Shown here: piece by piece, positions 39,372-52,045 of the stretch
Layout of the letters: every line of letters begins with the position of its first letter
Numbering within the stretch: position 1 is the first letter of the stretch
Program-made: the position numbers and the translations under genes
Notes under the pieces: generated by a model
Seen by the model: the letters and a program-made list of their open reading frames with translations, nothing else
The model's database searches: none
What the model was told of the DNA's origin: nothing
Source: Mobula hypostoma
Lineage: Eukaryota
Length of the DNA: 64,000 nt
Assembly: GCF_963921235.1 (NCBI RefSeq)
Contig: NC_086097.1
Span: 218,304,001-218,368,000 of the forward strand
Direction: 5' to 3'

Positions 39372-39520
39372 CTGAAAGAAGAGCTAGTCCTGACGAAGGG
39401 TCTCGGCCCGAAACGTCGACTGTACCTCTTCCTATAGATGCTGCCTGGCCTGCTGCGTTCACCAGCAATTATTATGTGTTTTGCTTGAAATTCCAGCGTT
39501 GCAGATTTCCTCGTGTTTGT
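39372..39520 (+). mobile_element. Short PLE terminal fragment with hammerhead and tail extension
   Basis: Homologous to the reverse complement of 24255-24395. No TSD. Sits at a deletion junction inside a CR1. Confidence 0.82.
39385..39422 (+). ncRNA. Minimal type I hammerhead ribozyme (PLE-associated), best-preserved copy
   Basis: TAGTC-CTGACGA-AGGGTCTCGGCCC-GAAAC-GTC-GACTG. Core CUGANGA/GAAA/GUC, helix I TAGTC:GACTG, helix II GGGT:GCCC, helix III reduced to palindromic ACGT. Confidence 0.8.
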
Positions 39521-39954
39521 GCTATGGGATTTTATTTTGTTAAGCAGCCTCATATTGGCCTTATCAAATGTCTTCTAAAAATCTAAGTAAATGATTTACT
39601 TTTACTTTTACAAGGGAACTGCCTTCCCTTTGTTCACCCCGCTTGTTACTTATTCAAAGAATTCCAACAGATTTGTCAGGCAAGATTTCCCTTTCCAGAA
39701 ACCATACTGACTTTGACTTATTTTATCATTAGTCTCCAAGTACTCCAAAACCTCGACCTTAATAATGGACTCCAACACTTTCCCAACCATTGAGGCTAGA
39801 CTAACTGGTCTATAATTTCCTCTCTTTTATCTTCCTCCTTTCTTAAAGAGTGGAGTGACATTTGCAATTTTCCAGTCCTCTGGGACTATGCCAGAATCAA
39901 GTGATTCTTGAAGAAAGATCATGACCAATGTATCTGTTATCTTGTCAAACTTGC

Positions 39955-40745
39955 TGTGTACATACATCTATTGATGCTTCTGGACACATCTTCAGTGATG
40001 TTCCTGGAATCATCGGGTGTTTCGGGTCTTTCAACATCATACAACCTCCTCCAGGTGACCCAGCCGGGGCTGATCAGACACCAGCTTGCGTCCAGATGGC
40101 TAGCTACTTATGACTCCATGGCTGCCCTCTTCTGAGCCACAGCCATCTTGAGGCCCTTTCTGCCGCATCGGTGGTACTGCGGATGGTTCTCCTCTTCCTC
40201 TCTCCCTCGATGTCCAAAATGCTGAAGGCTCTAACTAAAGAATGGGCTACGAATCCCCTACAACCAACCTCCACTGGGAGACACCTCGCTCTCCATCCAG
40301 CCTGCTGACAGTTGCTGACCAGTACTGCGTACTTGGAAAGCTTCCTTTCAAAGGCCTCTTCCAAGCTATCTTGCCATGGGACTGTCAGCTCCAGCAGCAC
40401 CACTTGCTTAGTCGACTCAGACACTAGGACAATGTCTGGTCGCAGGGTGGTGGCTAAGATATAGTTGGGGAACTTCAGCTGCCCTTCGAGGTCCACCAAC
40501 AGCTGCCAGTCCCTTGCAGAGGTCAGAATGCCTGCAGATGTTCTTTTGGCAGGTATTGGCTGCTCCCCAGCTCTAACAAAGGCAATGGTCTGCTTGGAGG
40601 GTCGGGACCGCTTCGCCCACTCAACTCCTGCACTGACAGCTTCAGCGATGGTCTTCAGGACCTGGTCACGCCTCCACCTGTACCGTCCCTCACCAAGTGC
40701 CCTTGCACAGCCACTGAGGATGTACTCCAGGGTTCCTCGCTTGGT
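39955..40745 (-). mobile_element. RLE-type non-LTR retrotransposon 3' end (HERO-like)
   Basis: TLEYILSGC knuckle remnant, then LRPDIVL..VVLLELTVPW..K..KY..PVEVGCRGF (PD-(D/E)xK restriction-like endonuclease). Stop at 40104 and a short 3' UTR. Confidence 0.8.
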
Positions 40746-42069
40746 TCATTCTGGGCCCTCTGCACTCTGGTTCAGCAGACTTAGTGAGCATGTTCATGGC
40801 TAGGGAGAACATTTAATTTGCTTCAAGTTGTGATAAATAAAATATAAGTAATGGATTATTTTAAGATATATTGTACAATCAGTAATTTTGAAATGGTAGC
40901 TAAAAGCAACCATTTTGCTCTTTGACTCCATGGGCAATTTGAATAGCATTTCACAATTTGTTTAAAAACCATCTTTTCTTGGACATGCACTGTATAGTTC
41001 CAATAAAAGGCTCAAAGAACTTCAACACTTTAATTACACCCTATCATACAATTATGCTCTTCTTGACATGTAAGATCAAAGACTATTATGAGGGATAAAG
41101 GTAAAATTAGAGAAAAAAATCTCAGATACTAGATTTGCACATATTTTTATGTACATATAGTGTATGGAAATGTTTTATACTGGGATGCATTGTGATAGTA
41201 ACAACCTCCAGATGAAACCATGCCCAATTAGAAACTGAGGTGGGTATTTATTGCAAGGTTGCAGGTCAACGTATCTGGAATTTTCCCTGTGTTAGATGAA
41301 CATTTATTGATGCAATCAGTATTGCAGTACCTATTTTCACAATTACTAATCACTAGTCAAAACAAAAACAAGGAGCAAATTCATGGCAACAAGAACTGAA
41401 CTAAAGGATCCACAGTATGAATGTTCTTCTCCCAGCCTGTCAACATTCAATATCACAAGCATTACAGTGCATTCCCTCAAAGACCATTGTGCTTTTGTGT
41501 CATGCACCTCTGTCTATGATGGTTCAATTTTTTTTTGACAGACTTATCAGCTTACCACACATGGGGCCACTTGCAGCATAGAGCTTAACCAATGCTGCTG
41601 ATTATCTGGGGATTATAGTATTGGGGTGGAATGGTGCCGTTCCCTCTCTCAGGATTTACTTCATCTCCTTGAGAAACCTTTTTCTGTGACTACCATGGGG
41701 AGATATTCTATAAAGCTGGATGCTCTCTTATGCTTTCGGCACAGTGATACTACATTAACTGGGATCTCTTCATACAGATGCTTTCATAAAATATACATGT
41801 AAAGATTTTATGTCTGAAAAGCAACTTAATGATTTTATTGGTGATTTTTTTTCTCTTCAATTTTTGATACTTTGCAGGTGGCTGCATGCAGCCACCATTT
41901 GGCATTCGAAGAAGAGGTGAACTCCAATTTGCATGCTAAAATATTTATGTCCTTTGCAGTTGTTCAAAATGATCATCTTCAGTTGAGAGTCTCTCGTAAT
42001 GACCCTGTGTATATTCAATGTGATTTTAAAAACACCACTGTCCAAAATTGAGGATTTCCTTATTACTTG

Positions 42070-42075
42070 TTTATT
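42070..42075 (-). terminator. Candidate CPA6 polyadenylation signal AATAAA
   Basis: TTTATT on + strand about 180 nt past the CPA6 stop codon. Other AATAAA hexamers lie further downstream. Confidence 0.35.
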
Positions 42076-42256
42076 CAGAGCACCATATTTATTTGCTTTG
42101 CTGCAATAGTATTTTTGAGTATTACGGTGACAAATTTGTACCATATACGGCTGCACAGAAAGGTAAAATACAGAAATAGCATTAAATCATTGTACATTTT
42201 AGCTTATTTATGCAAAATTAAAAAAACAAATCAAACTATATGGTGATAAATAGCCC

Positions 42257-42450
42257 TCACTTCAAGGGGCACTCTTTTAGGAGATGGTTTGTAATATTTT
42301 TGATGGCTAATGTCGTCTCTGTACATGTGGGTCTGATTAGCGATTCTGGCAGCAAAAATCCATAATATCCGGTATCTCGTAGTTCAAATGCAAATGCATA
42401 GGGAATCCCTTGTTTATAGGCCCAGTCAATAGAACTACCAGATATGGCAT
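42257..42450 (-). CDS. CPA6: Carboxypeptidase A6, terminal coding exon (not in ORF track)
   Basis: ccttttag|AT acceptor. Encodes (Y)[63 protein letters not shown] followed by TGA. Contains the catalytic Glu270 motif FELRD and GFLLP. Confidence 0.95.
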
Positions 42451-43427
42451 CTAAAAGGGAAGAAGCAAATATATTACAACATGTATTTCAGTACATATTA
42501 GAAGTTCAGAAAATATGGCAATAATTTTGACCCATGTTAGTTTGTTAAAAATACTTGTGCTATATTTTAAGAAATTAAAATTTTAAAATTTAGCACTCAA
42601 AAGTAAAAAAAAATTGGAAGAATTTCACAGGCACAGCAGTATCTTCAACTCTGCTCTTCCCCTCACTATGTTGATAATTTTTAGAATTAAATCCAAATTT
42701 GATAAATAGGAGAACATTTCAATCATGGTCTATATGCTGTGCGGACTCACCTGGAGTTAATAAAATGTAATTCTCCTGATCCATTTCCAACCCTCATGGG
42801 CTACTCTCTATCTATCTAATTATGTACAGTATTTTTCATAAAGGCGGCAACATGAAAGGAAATCTGTATGTGATTACTTAGTTCTTTATTGGGGCACAGG
42901 GAAAGCTGATCAATGTAGTTCAGATCATTGCTGTGTGGATTTTCAGAAGCTTTTTGATGATATAGCACATAAGAGGTTTGCTAAGTATATAGAAGCCTGT
43001 AGAGTTAAGACAAATTTGGTGATATCGAATTATTAAGAACGTGTTTTACAGCCAAAAGAGATTATGTTCCAGCAGCCCTACAGCTATATATTGCCTATTT
43101 GAAACTTTAATGACTATGTCCCAAAAGATCCCCTCCCATTCTAATTTTTCATTACCCTTTATTAGAAAATGATCTCTACAGAAGTAGGCAATTCAACCTG
43201 TCATCTTGAGTTAGCTCTTTGGCAACGGTATCCCATTAATCTTAGTGCCAAGTCTTCTGTTTTCCCTTTAAATATGGCAAGTTCCAGTTCTTTTTTGGAT
43301 GTTACTGTTGTTTCTGTATCTGTCAAATTTCAGGCAATGTGTTTGAGACAAAGACAAACTTACGTTTGACAAAAGTCAGTCATGTTTCCTCAGTTTCTTT
43401 ATTATTATCTTAACAGTACAATCTTCT

Positions 43428-43868
43428 ATAGGGTGGTGTGCTTAGGGTAATGGCATCAATACGGATGATGCCAACAGGCTGAATAGACTGATTAGAAAGG
43501 CAGGCTCTGTTATAGGAATCATACTGGACACACTGGAGGCTGTGGTAGGACAAAGGGCTCTATTGAAAATTCTGGCAATGCTGGACAATGTTTCTCACCC
43601 TCTGCATGCCACCTTGGCTGAACAGAGGAGCACTTTTAGTTAAAGACCAAGATAACTGCGCTGCTCCAAAGAGCACTATATGAGGTCATTCTTACCCTCG
43701 GCCATTACGCTCTACAGCGAGTGATGGCCCCCTCCTGTTAGGCAGTCTGAGGCAACTTTTTTAAAATTAATTAATTATTTCTCTTTTTATTTTTGTATAT
43801 TTTAAATCTGTGCATTGGTAATGCTACTGTGACACTACACTTACCTTTGGGATCAAAAAAGTATCTAA
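43428..43868 (+). mobile_element. Rex1-like 3' end
   Basis: Reads DANRLNRLIRKAGSVIG..MLDNVSHPLH..RSFLPSAITLY. Confidence 0.7.
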
Positions 43869-43874
43869 CTCTTG

Positions 43875-45050
43875 GACGTGTTTGGTACTGGAAACAAATT
43901 TGCATTTAATCAAATCAATCATGGTTTTAACAATTCTTTTCTTAATCCCTCTTAAGAGCATAACTCCAACTTCTCCAGACTTGCTTTAAACCTAAGGACC
44001 ATTATTTTAAAATTTAATACTCTGGTAAATCTTTTCATCCTCCTCCAAGGCCTTCCTGATTGGTTATGTATTAAACTCAACAATGTTCCAGCTGAGGCTT
44101 AACCAGGTTTTGCAATTTGTTCCTGTAAGCGTTTGGAACAGCCTCCTCAATTATACACAACCCTTCGAAGGCAGTAATACACGTGCAAAGTTCTTGTTTT
44201 TCCAGGTTTTTGAAATTAAACCACTTAGTCCATTCTTCCATTTTACTGCACTAAATTTCATTTGCCATTTCATTTGTCTTTCATGGTACCTAGAAGCACG
44301 CTTTCCAAATTTCTGGGCTCTTATCTGAAATTTATGTATCCAGCTTCGGACCTTTGGTGCATAGCTGAAAGGATAGCGGTTTTATTTTGGACTACCGGGA
44401 ATAGCATTGTATACCTTTTTCTTGTCTGATGAAACATGCTCGGAATGAATCTTCTGTCTGTTATCCAACATTGGTTCTCTGCTGTTACTCTCTGTATAAT
44501 GATATAGATTTTGCTCTCTCTGGCATTTTACCCAGTGCCATTGAAAAATCTCACAGGCATTACAACATGACTTTCATCATCCAATACTTGTATAACACCA
44601 CAATCAATAGTAAGGTTAGTCATCTCAATTTTCCTTTAAGTGCAATTCTCCTCTTGCAAACTATTTTATTATTCCATATAATTAACTGTCCCGCAAATGT
44701 TTCCCACTATTAACATATGGCTGACTCTACTGTCATTACCGGATTTATCTTGTTTCCTTTTCTAAACAGAAATGTAACATTTTCAATCTCAAATCATCTG
44801 AAAGCATTCCAATATGCAAAGAAAAGTGGAAGACTGTAGTCAAGCTTATTTCAATTTCCACTGTACTTTCCTCAGTAACCAGGCTATATTCCATTCAGAC
44901 CAGGTGACTTTTATGTTTTAAAAACTATCAATCTCTAAAAATCTCCTTTCTATTCTTACTTTAACCATTCATTCTGATGCATCTTTATACTGTTAAATTG
45001 GTGTCATCCTCTGCTCAAATAAAGATAGATTTAATTTAGTAAACTAACAA
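43875..45050 (-). mobile_element. Very old CR1 remnant
   Basis: Blocks such as TATTCCATTCAGACCAGGTGACTT (KSPGL.GI) and GTAACATTTTCAATC resemble the younger minus-strand CR1 copies. Confidence 0.45.
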
Positions 45051-47319
45051 GTACCTGCTAAGATTTTACTATACTTTTTGACATTCAGCTACAGACATTA
45101 AAAGATCTGTTCATCACCAGAGGAAAGGAAGACGCTGAAAAAATTACTGCTGACTCCACCCACCTTAGCAGTTACCTATTCACCAAACTGCCATCAGGGA
45201 GACGCTGCAAGTCCATCACTACCAGGGCTACACATCTCCTAAGCTTCCTTCCTGTAGCTATCCAGCTTCTCAACAAAACTCACTCAGGTGTAATACCCTC
45301 ACTGTCCCATCAGAACATCCATTAAATGGTCTTTCCTGCTGTCCTTGTTCTGTTGATAATTATACAGTCTGTTTATATGTTCGCACCAATTTAAGTTTGA
45401 TTATTGGCGTTTGCACATGTTGAGGTCTGCTATTTGTTGATCGCTCAGGGCCATTTGCACCATTGATTTGTAAATTGTTGGTTGTTTTTGTGTTGTCTGT
45501 TGTGTGTCCTTTGTTTCATGGAATCCTGGTTAACCCCTTCCGTACCAGATGCAGCGATTCAGATCGACGGGTTTACTATACACCGCCAGGATAGATCTAT
45601 AGAGTCTCTCAAAAGCAGAGGTGGAGGAGTATGCCTCATGATCAACTCTTCTTGGTGCACAAATATATCAGTGCTGTCCCAATTCCGCTCACCAGACCTG
45701 GAATATATAGCAGTAAAGTGTCATCCTTTTTTATTCACCACAAGAGTTCTCTGGGGTCATTCTGGTAGGAGTTTACATTCCACCTCAGGGCCATGTCAAA
45801 CAGGCTTTAGATGATCTGAGCAATGGGATCACCATGTGTGAAACAGCGCACTCTAATGCCTTCACCATCATTTTGGGAGATCTTAACCAGGCCAGTCTGA
45901 AAAAAATCACTAAGCAACTACTATCAACAGATCACTTGCAATACCAGAGGAAACAACACACTGGACCATTGCTACACCACCATCAAGAATGCCTACCATG
46001 CTATTTCACGCACTCACTTCGGGAAGTCTGATCACCTGGCTGTACTTCCACTCCCTGAGTATAGGCAGAGATTGAAGACCTCAGCACCAGCAGTGAGGAC
46101 CAAGAAGGTTTGGACAAGGGAAGTACAGGAGTGCCTACAGGACTGCTTTGAATTGGTGGACTGGACTGTATTCAGGGATTCATCTTCAAACCTGGATAAG
46201 TATGCTGCAGTTGTTACTGACTTCATTAAAAACTCTGTGGATGAGTGTGTGCCTACAAAGACTTACTGTACATTCCCAAACCAAAAGCCGTGGATGAATC
46301 AAGAGATACATCGTCTGCTGAGGGCATTCAAGTCTGGCAACCCAGGCCTGTACCAGAAAACCAGGTATAAGAACATAAGAACATAAGAAATGGAAGCAGG
46401 AGTAGGCCATCCGGCCCATCGAGCCTGCCCTGCCATTCAATAAGATCATGGCTGATATGTCTGTAAACTCAGCTCTACCGACCTGCCTTTTCCCCATAGT
46501 CCTGAATTCCCCTATGTAAAAATCTATCTAACTGTATCTTAAATATATTGAGTGAAGAAGCCTCAACTGCTTCCCTGGGAAGAGAATTCTACAGATTCAC
46601 CACTCTCTGGGGAAAAGCAGTTTCTCCTCATCTCCATCCTAAATCTTCTCCCCTGAATCTTGAGGCAATGTCCCCTAGTTCTAGTCTCACCTATCTATGG
46701 AAACAACTATCCTACTCCTACCTTATCTATCCCTTTCAAAAATTTGTATCTTTCTATAAGATCCCCTCTTATTCTGGCCCTTGTGGCTAAAGGGATCAGG
46801 GGGTATGGAGGGAAGGCTGGTACAGGGTTCTGAGTTGGATGATCAGCCATGATCATACTGAATGGCAGTGCAGGCTCAAAGGGCTGAATGGCCTACTCCT
46901 GCACCTGGTGAACCTCCTCTGCACTGCCTCCAAAGCCAGTATATCCTTCCTCAAGTATGGAGACCAGAACTGCACACAGTACTCCAGATGCGGCCTCACC
47001 AGTACCCTGTATAGTTGCAGCATGACCTCCCTCCTCTTGAATTCAATCCCTCTAGCAATGAAGGCCAACATTCCATTTGCCTTCTTAATAACCTGTTGTA
47101 CCTGCAAGCCAACTTTTTGCGATTCATACACAAGCGCTCCCAAGTCCCTCTGCACAATAGCATGCTGCAATCTTTCACCATTTAAATAATAATCTACTCT
47201 TCTATTATTGCTTCCAAAGTGGATGATCTCTCACTTACTAATGTTGTATTCCACCTGCAAGACCTTAGCCCACTCACTTAACCTATCTATATCCCTCTGC
47301 AGACTCTCCACATCCTCTG

Positions 47320-48785
47320 TCAGCATCATCAGGTGCCAAGCCCACTTTGAGCTTTGACTGCCATGGCCCACACACTCCTGTTTCGGGTCAAGTGGATCAA
47401 TTCATTGGTATTCATTTCCAGTTCTCTGGCTGCTGTCTCCATCATCATTTGTCTGTCTTCCTCTTGCTTTCTTCCCTTCAATCTTTCCCATAATTACTGT
47501 GCATTCTAACTCCTCTTTCCTAATCACATGTCCAATGAAATTACGTTGCCTTTTCATGATCTCATACATTATTTCTCTTTTTGTGTTTGCTCTGTTCATG
47601 ACATCCTCATCCATGATATTCTTTGCATCCTCCTCAAAAACCACATCCCTGCTGTTTCAATTTGTTTCCTCATATTACTAGATATTGTCCAACATTCTGA
47701 GCCATATAACATAACTGGATAAATGTAACATTTCAGTACTCTGAGGTGGGTTGTCGTGCCTAGTTTAGTATTGGTCAGTATACTCTTCATTCTCGTAAAG
47801 GTGTCTTTTGCCATCCTTGTTCTTCTTTTGATGTCCATGTCGCACCTGCCATCTGATGTCACCCAGCTTCCTAAGTAGCAAAAGTTCTTTACTTGTTTTA
47901 TGTCTTCCCCATTTATTCTCAGCCTGCAGATAGGATTCTCCTTCTTTTTGGATATCACCATACAGTGTATTTTTGCAATTGATAGATAGACCCATTTTTT
48001 GCACTTTCTTCAACAATTATATCAATTAAGTTTTGTAGTTCTTCCTCCATACTTGCAATTAACATAGTGTCATCCAGATATCTGAAATTATTGATGTTTT
48101 TACCACCAACTTTGATTCCCAAGATGTCTCTTATTTTTTGTAATATTGTTTCACTGTACACATTAAATAAATCGGGGGAGAAAAACACACCCTTGTCTAA
48201 TGCCTCTCTTGATTTTCGTAAACTGACTCAATTCTCCATCTATTCTTACAGTGGTAGTTTGTTCCCAGTACAGATTTCTGATTAGGCAGAGGTCTTTCGA
48301 ATCTAGATCTAGAGTTTTCTGTAATATTTTAAATAACTTATTGTGCTTCGCTTTATCAAATGCTTTTGTGTAGTTGATAAAACAAACAAACAAATCTTTT
48401 TGCACTTGAATAGCTCATTCTGATAGTATCCTTAACATCAATATTGTGTTTCTTGTACCTTTGTCTTTCACAAAACCACATTGTTCCTATTTCAGCTTGT
48501 ATCTTACTTTTAGCTCTTGTCATCAAAATTCTTAGAAGTATCTTGGTGATATGACTCAGTAACCTGATGGTCCTATGTAATTCACATTCTATTCCTCTAG
48601 GTTTCTTAGGAAGAGTGATAACCACTGATTTTTTTCATCTCTTCTGGTATTATTCCAGTCTCATAAATGTCATTGATTAAATCAGTAAGTTTTTCAATTC
48701 CATAATCTTCAAGGGTGATAATTTGTTCTATTACTAATTCATCAGGACCTGCTGCCTTTCCTTTCTTCATTTTATTTATTGCATT
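47320..48785 (-). mobile_element. RTE-clade LINE nested in CR1
   Basis: KGKAAGPDEL, LLSHITKILLRIL, KRGIRQGC, NNFRYLDD and FCYLGS..YGSECW. (TGA)n-like tail. 10-bp TSD ACATCCTCTG at 47310-47319 and 48786-48795. Confidence 0.9.
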
Positions 48786-49273
48786 ACATCCTCTGCACAA
48801 TTTGCTTTTCCACTGAGTTTAGTGCCATCAGCAAATTTTGCTACGCTACACTCAGTCCCCTCTTCCAAATCATCAGTGTAAATGGTAAACAGCTGTGGGC
48901 CCAGCACCAACCCCTGAGGCACCCCAATCACCACAGACTGCCAACCGGAGAAACACCTATTTCTACCAACTCTCTGCCTTCTATTGGTTAACCAATCCAC
49001 TATCCATGCCAATACACTTCCTCCGACTCCATGCATCCATATCTTATTTATCTTTTGTGTGGCACCTTTTCAAATGCCTTATGGAAATCCAAGTATATGA
49101 CATCCACCTGTTCCCCTCAACCCATTGCACACATTCTGTCCTCAAAGAACTCCAGTAAGTTTGTCAAACAGGACCTGCCCTTTCTGAATCCATGCTGCGT
49201 CTGTCTAATTGAACCACTCCTTTCTAAATGTTTCGCTATTTCTTCCTTAATGACAGCTTCAAGCATTTTCCCA

Positions 49274-49478
49274 ACTACAGATGTTAAGCTAACTGGCCTA
49301 TAGTTGCCCGTCTTTTGCCTACATCCTTTTTTAAAAAGTGGCGTGACATTTGCTGTCTTCCAATCCACTGGGACCTGCCCAGAGTCTAGAGAGTTTTGGT
49401 AAATGTCACGCCACTTTTTAAAAAAGGATGTAGGCAAAAGACGAGCAACTATAGGCCAGTTAGCTTAACATCTGTAGT
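49274..49478. repeat. 78-bp inverted duplication with 49-nt spacer inside CR1
   Basis: 49274-49351 is the reverse complement of 49401-49478 with one mismatch. Confidence 0.93.
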
Positions 49479-51231
49479 CTATTTTAACCTTCGCCAATTC
49501 CCTCAGCACCCTGGGATGCATCCCATCATGATTTGCGGAGGGCTATTTCAAGGGTGAAGGAACAATTTCGAAGGAGGTTGGAGGTGATATCAGATGCACA
49601 GCAACTCTGGCAGGGTCTGCAAGACATTACTTCCTGCAAAGTGAAACCCAATAGCATGAATGGCAGCGATGCTTCACTACCAGATGAACTCAACGTCTTC
49701 TCTGCTTGCTTTGAAAGGGAGAACACAACTACAGCTGTGAAGATCCCTGCTGCACCTGATGACCCTGTGATCTCTGACTGTGTTAGACTATCTTTAAAGA
49801 GAGTGAACCATCACAAGGCAGAAAGTCCCGATGGACTACTTGGTAAGGCTCTGAAAACCTGTGCCAACCAACTGGCAGGAGTATTCAAGGACATTTTCAA
49901 CCTCTCACTGCTACGGGCAGAAGTTCCCACTTACTTTAAAAAGGCAACAATTGTACAAGTGCCTAAGAAGAATAATGTGGGCTGCCTTAATTGCTGTCGC
50001 CCGGTAGCACTCACATCTACAGTGATGAAATGCTTTGAGAGGTTGGTCATGACTAGACTGAACACCTGCCTCAGCAAGGACCTGGACCCGGACCCATTGC
50101 AATTTGCCTATCACCACAATAGGTCAATGGCAGACGCAATGTCAATGGCTCTCCACACGGCTTTGGACCACCTAGACAACATAAACACCTACGTCAGGAT
50201 GCTGTTCATTGACTATAGCTCAGCATTTAATACCATCATTCCCACAATCCTGATTGAGAAGTTGCAGAACCTGGGACTCTGTACCTCCCTCTGCAATTGG
50301 ATCCTCGATCTCCTAACCAGAAGACCACAGTCTGTGCGGATTGGTGATAACATATCCTCTTCGCTGATGATCGACACTGGCGCACCTCAGGGATGTGTGC
50401 TTAGCCCACTGCTCTACTCTCTATATACACATGACTGTGTGGCTAGGCATAGCTCAAATACCATCTACAAATTTGCTGATGATACAACCATTGTTGGTAG
50501 AATCTCAGGTAGTGATAAGAGAGTGTACAGGAGTGAGATATGCCAACTAGTAGAATGGTGCCGCAGCAACAACCTGGCACTAAACGTCAGTAAGGTGAAA
50601 GAGCTGATTGTGGACTTCAGGAAGGGTAAGACAAAAGAACACATACCAATCCTCCTAGAGGGATCAGAAGAGGAGAGAGTGAACAGTTTCAAGTTCCTGA
50701 GTGTCAAGATCTCTGAGGATCTAACCTGGTCCCAACATATCGGTGTCGTCATACAGAAGGCAAGATAGCAGCTATACTTTATTAGGAGTTTGAATTGATT
50801 TGACATGTCAACAAATACACTTAAAAACTTCTACAGTTGTACCGCGGGGAGCATTCTGACAGCCTGCATCACTGTCTGGTATGGAGGGGCTACTGCACAG
50901 GACCGAAAGAAGCTGCAGAAGGTTGTAAATCTAGTCAGCTCCATCTTGGGCACTAGCCTACAAAGTACCCAGGACATCTTTAGGGAGCGGCGTCTCAGAA
51001 AGGCAGCGTCCATTATTAAGGACCTCCAGCACCCAGGGCATGCCCTCTTCTCATGGTTACCATCAGGTAAGAGATACAGAAGCCTGAAGGTTCACACTCA
51101 GCGATTCAGGAACAGCTTCTTCCCCTCTGCCATCTGATTCCTAAATGGACATTGAAGCTTTGGACATGACCTCACTCTTTTTTTAATATACAGTATTTCC
51201 ATTTTTGTGCACTTTAAAAAATCTATTCAAT

Positions 51232-52045
51232 ACTTGGAATGAAATTTTTAAACTTGTTCACACCTCTTCGTTATGCATGTGTCACCCTCTTTTACAATTT
51301 AAAGTGGTTCATAGAGCCTATATGACTGAAGATAAGCTCTCTCGTTTTTACTCAGATTTTTCTCCAAACTGTAATAGGTGTAATGTCGAAGAGGCCTCTC
51401 TATATGTTTTTGTCCTGGCCGCAGCTTGATAAATTTTGGAAAGAAGTATTTCAAACTTTCTCAGAGCTTTTTAAAGTAAACTTTAAATCCAACCCTCTGA
51501 CTGCCTTGTTCAGCATTGTTGGAGGAAATGATTTTACTCTGAAGCTGAATGTTTTGCATATTTTGGCTTTCATTTCTCTTTTAGCCAGAAAAGTTTTGTT
51601 GCTTAAATGGACAGATGCTGCTCCACCTACTCATGCCCATTGGTTGATTGATGTTATGTCATGTTTAAATCTAGAGAAGATTAGGTGTTCTATTTCTATA
51701 CCTCGACAAGGTTTTTTCACATTATAGGGACCTTTTTGGAACTACCTTCACAATTTTCGATATGTTCAGCAATGATGATGGCTATTATATGTTCGAATTT
51801 ACGACTATATGTCAGAGTTTTTTTTCTTTTAACCAAACAGCTGTTTTATTTCCTTTCTTTTTTTCTGTTTTGTTATGGGGTTTTGATTTTGCTTTAGATT
51901 AAAATAGAATATACCTTTTCAATATTATGGTTAATTTACTACACATAGTTATGGGGCAATTCAATCTTGTTTCTGTTTCCATAATATCATAATGTATTTT
52001 GTATTAGTCTATGCAAGTAATTAATAAAAATATTGAAAAAGAAAG
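51232..52045 (+). mobile_element. L1 3' fragment nested in the Rex1 3' UTR
   Basis: LLQFKVVHRAY..CNRC..SCLNLEKIR. TSD AAAAATCTATTCAAT at 51217-51231 and 52046-52060, at a TT/AAAA site. Confidence 0.9.

Larger units (their letters stand above)
39148..39950 (-). mobile_element. CR1 LINE with internal deletion at the PLE insertion point
   Basis: 3' tail (ACCATAAG)n at 39148. Resumes at 39521 in the RT N-terminal region (MRLLNKIKSH). Confidence 0.8.
46369..49527 (-). mobile_element. CR1 LINE nested in Rex1
   Basis: Tail (AAGAACAT)n at 46369. RT fragments include NYRPVSLTSVVGK, PQGLVLGP and RPHLEYCVQFWSP. Confidence 0.9.

Noticed and set aside
49533..50768. 411-aa reverse transcriptase as an active or host gene
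   Set aside because: It is part of a Rex1 copy split by CR1 and L1 insertions and ends at a premature stop.
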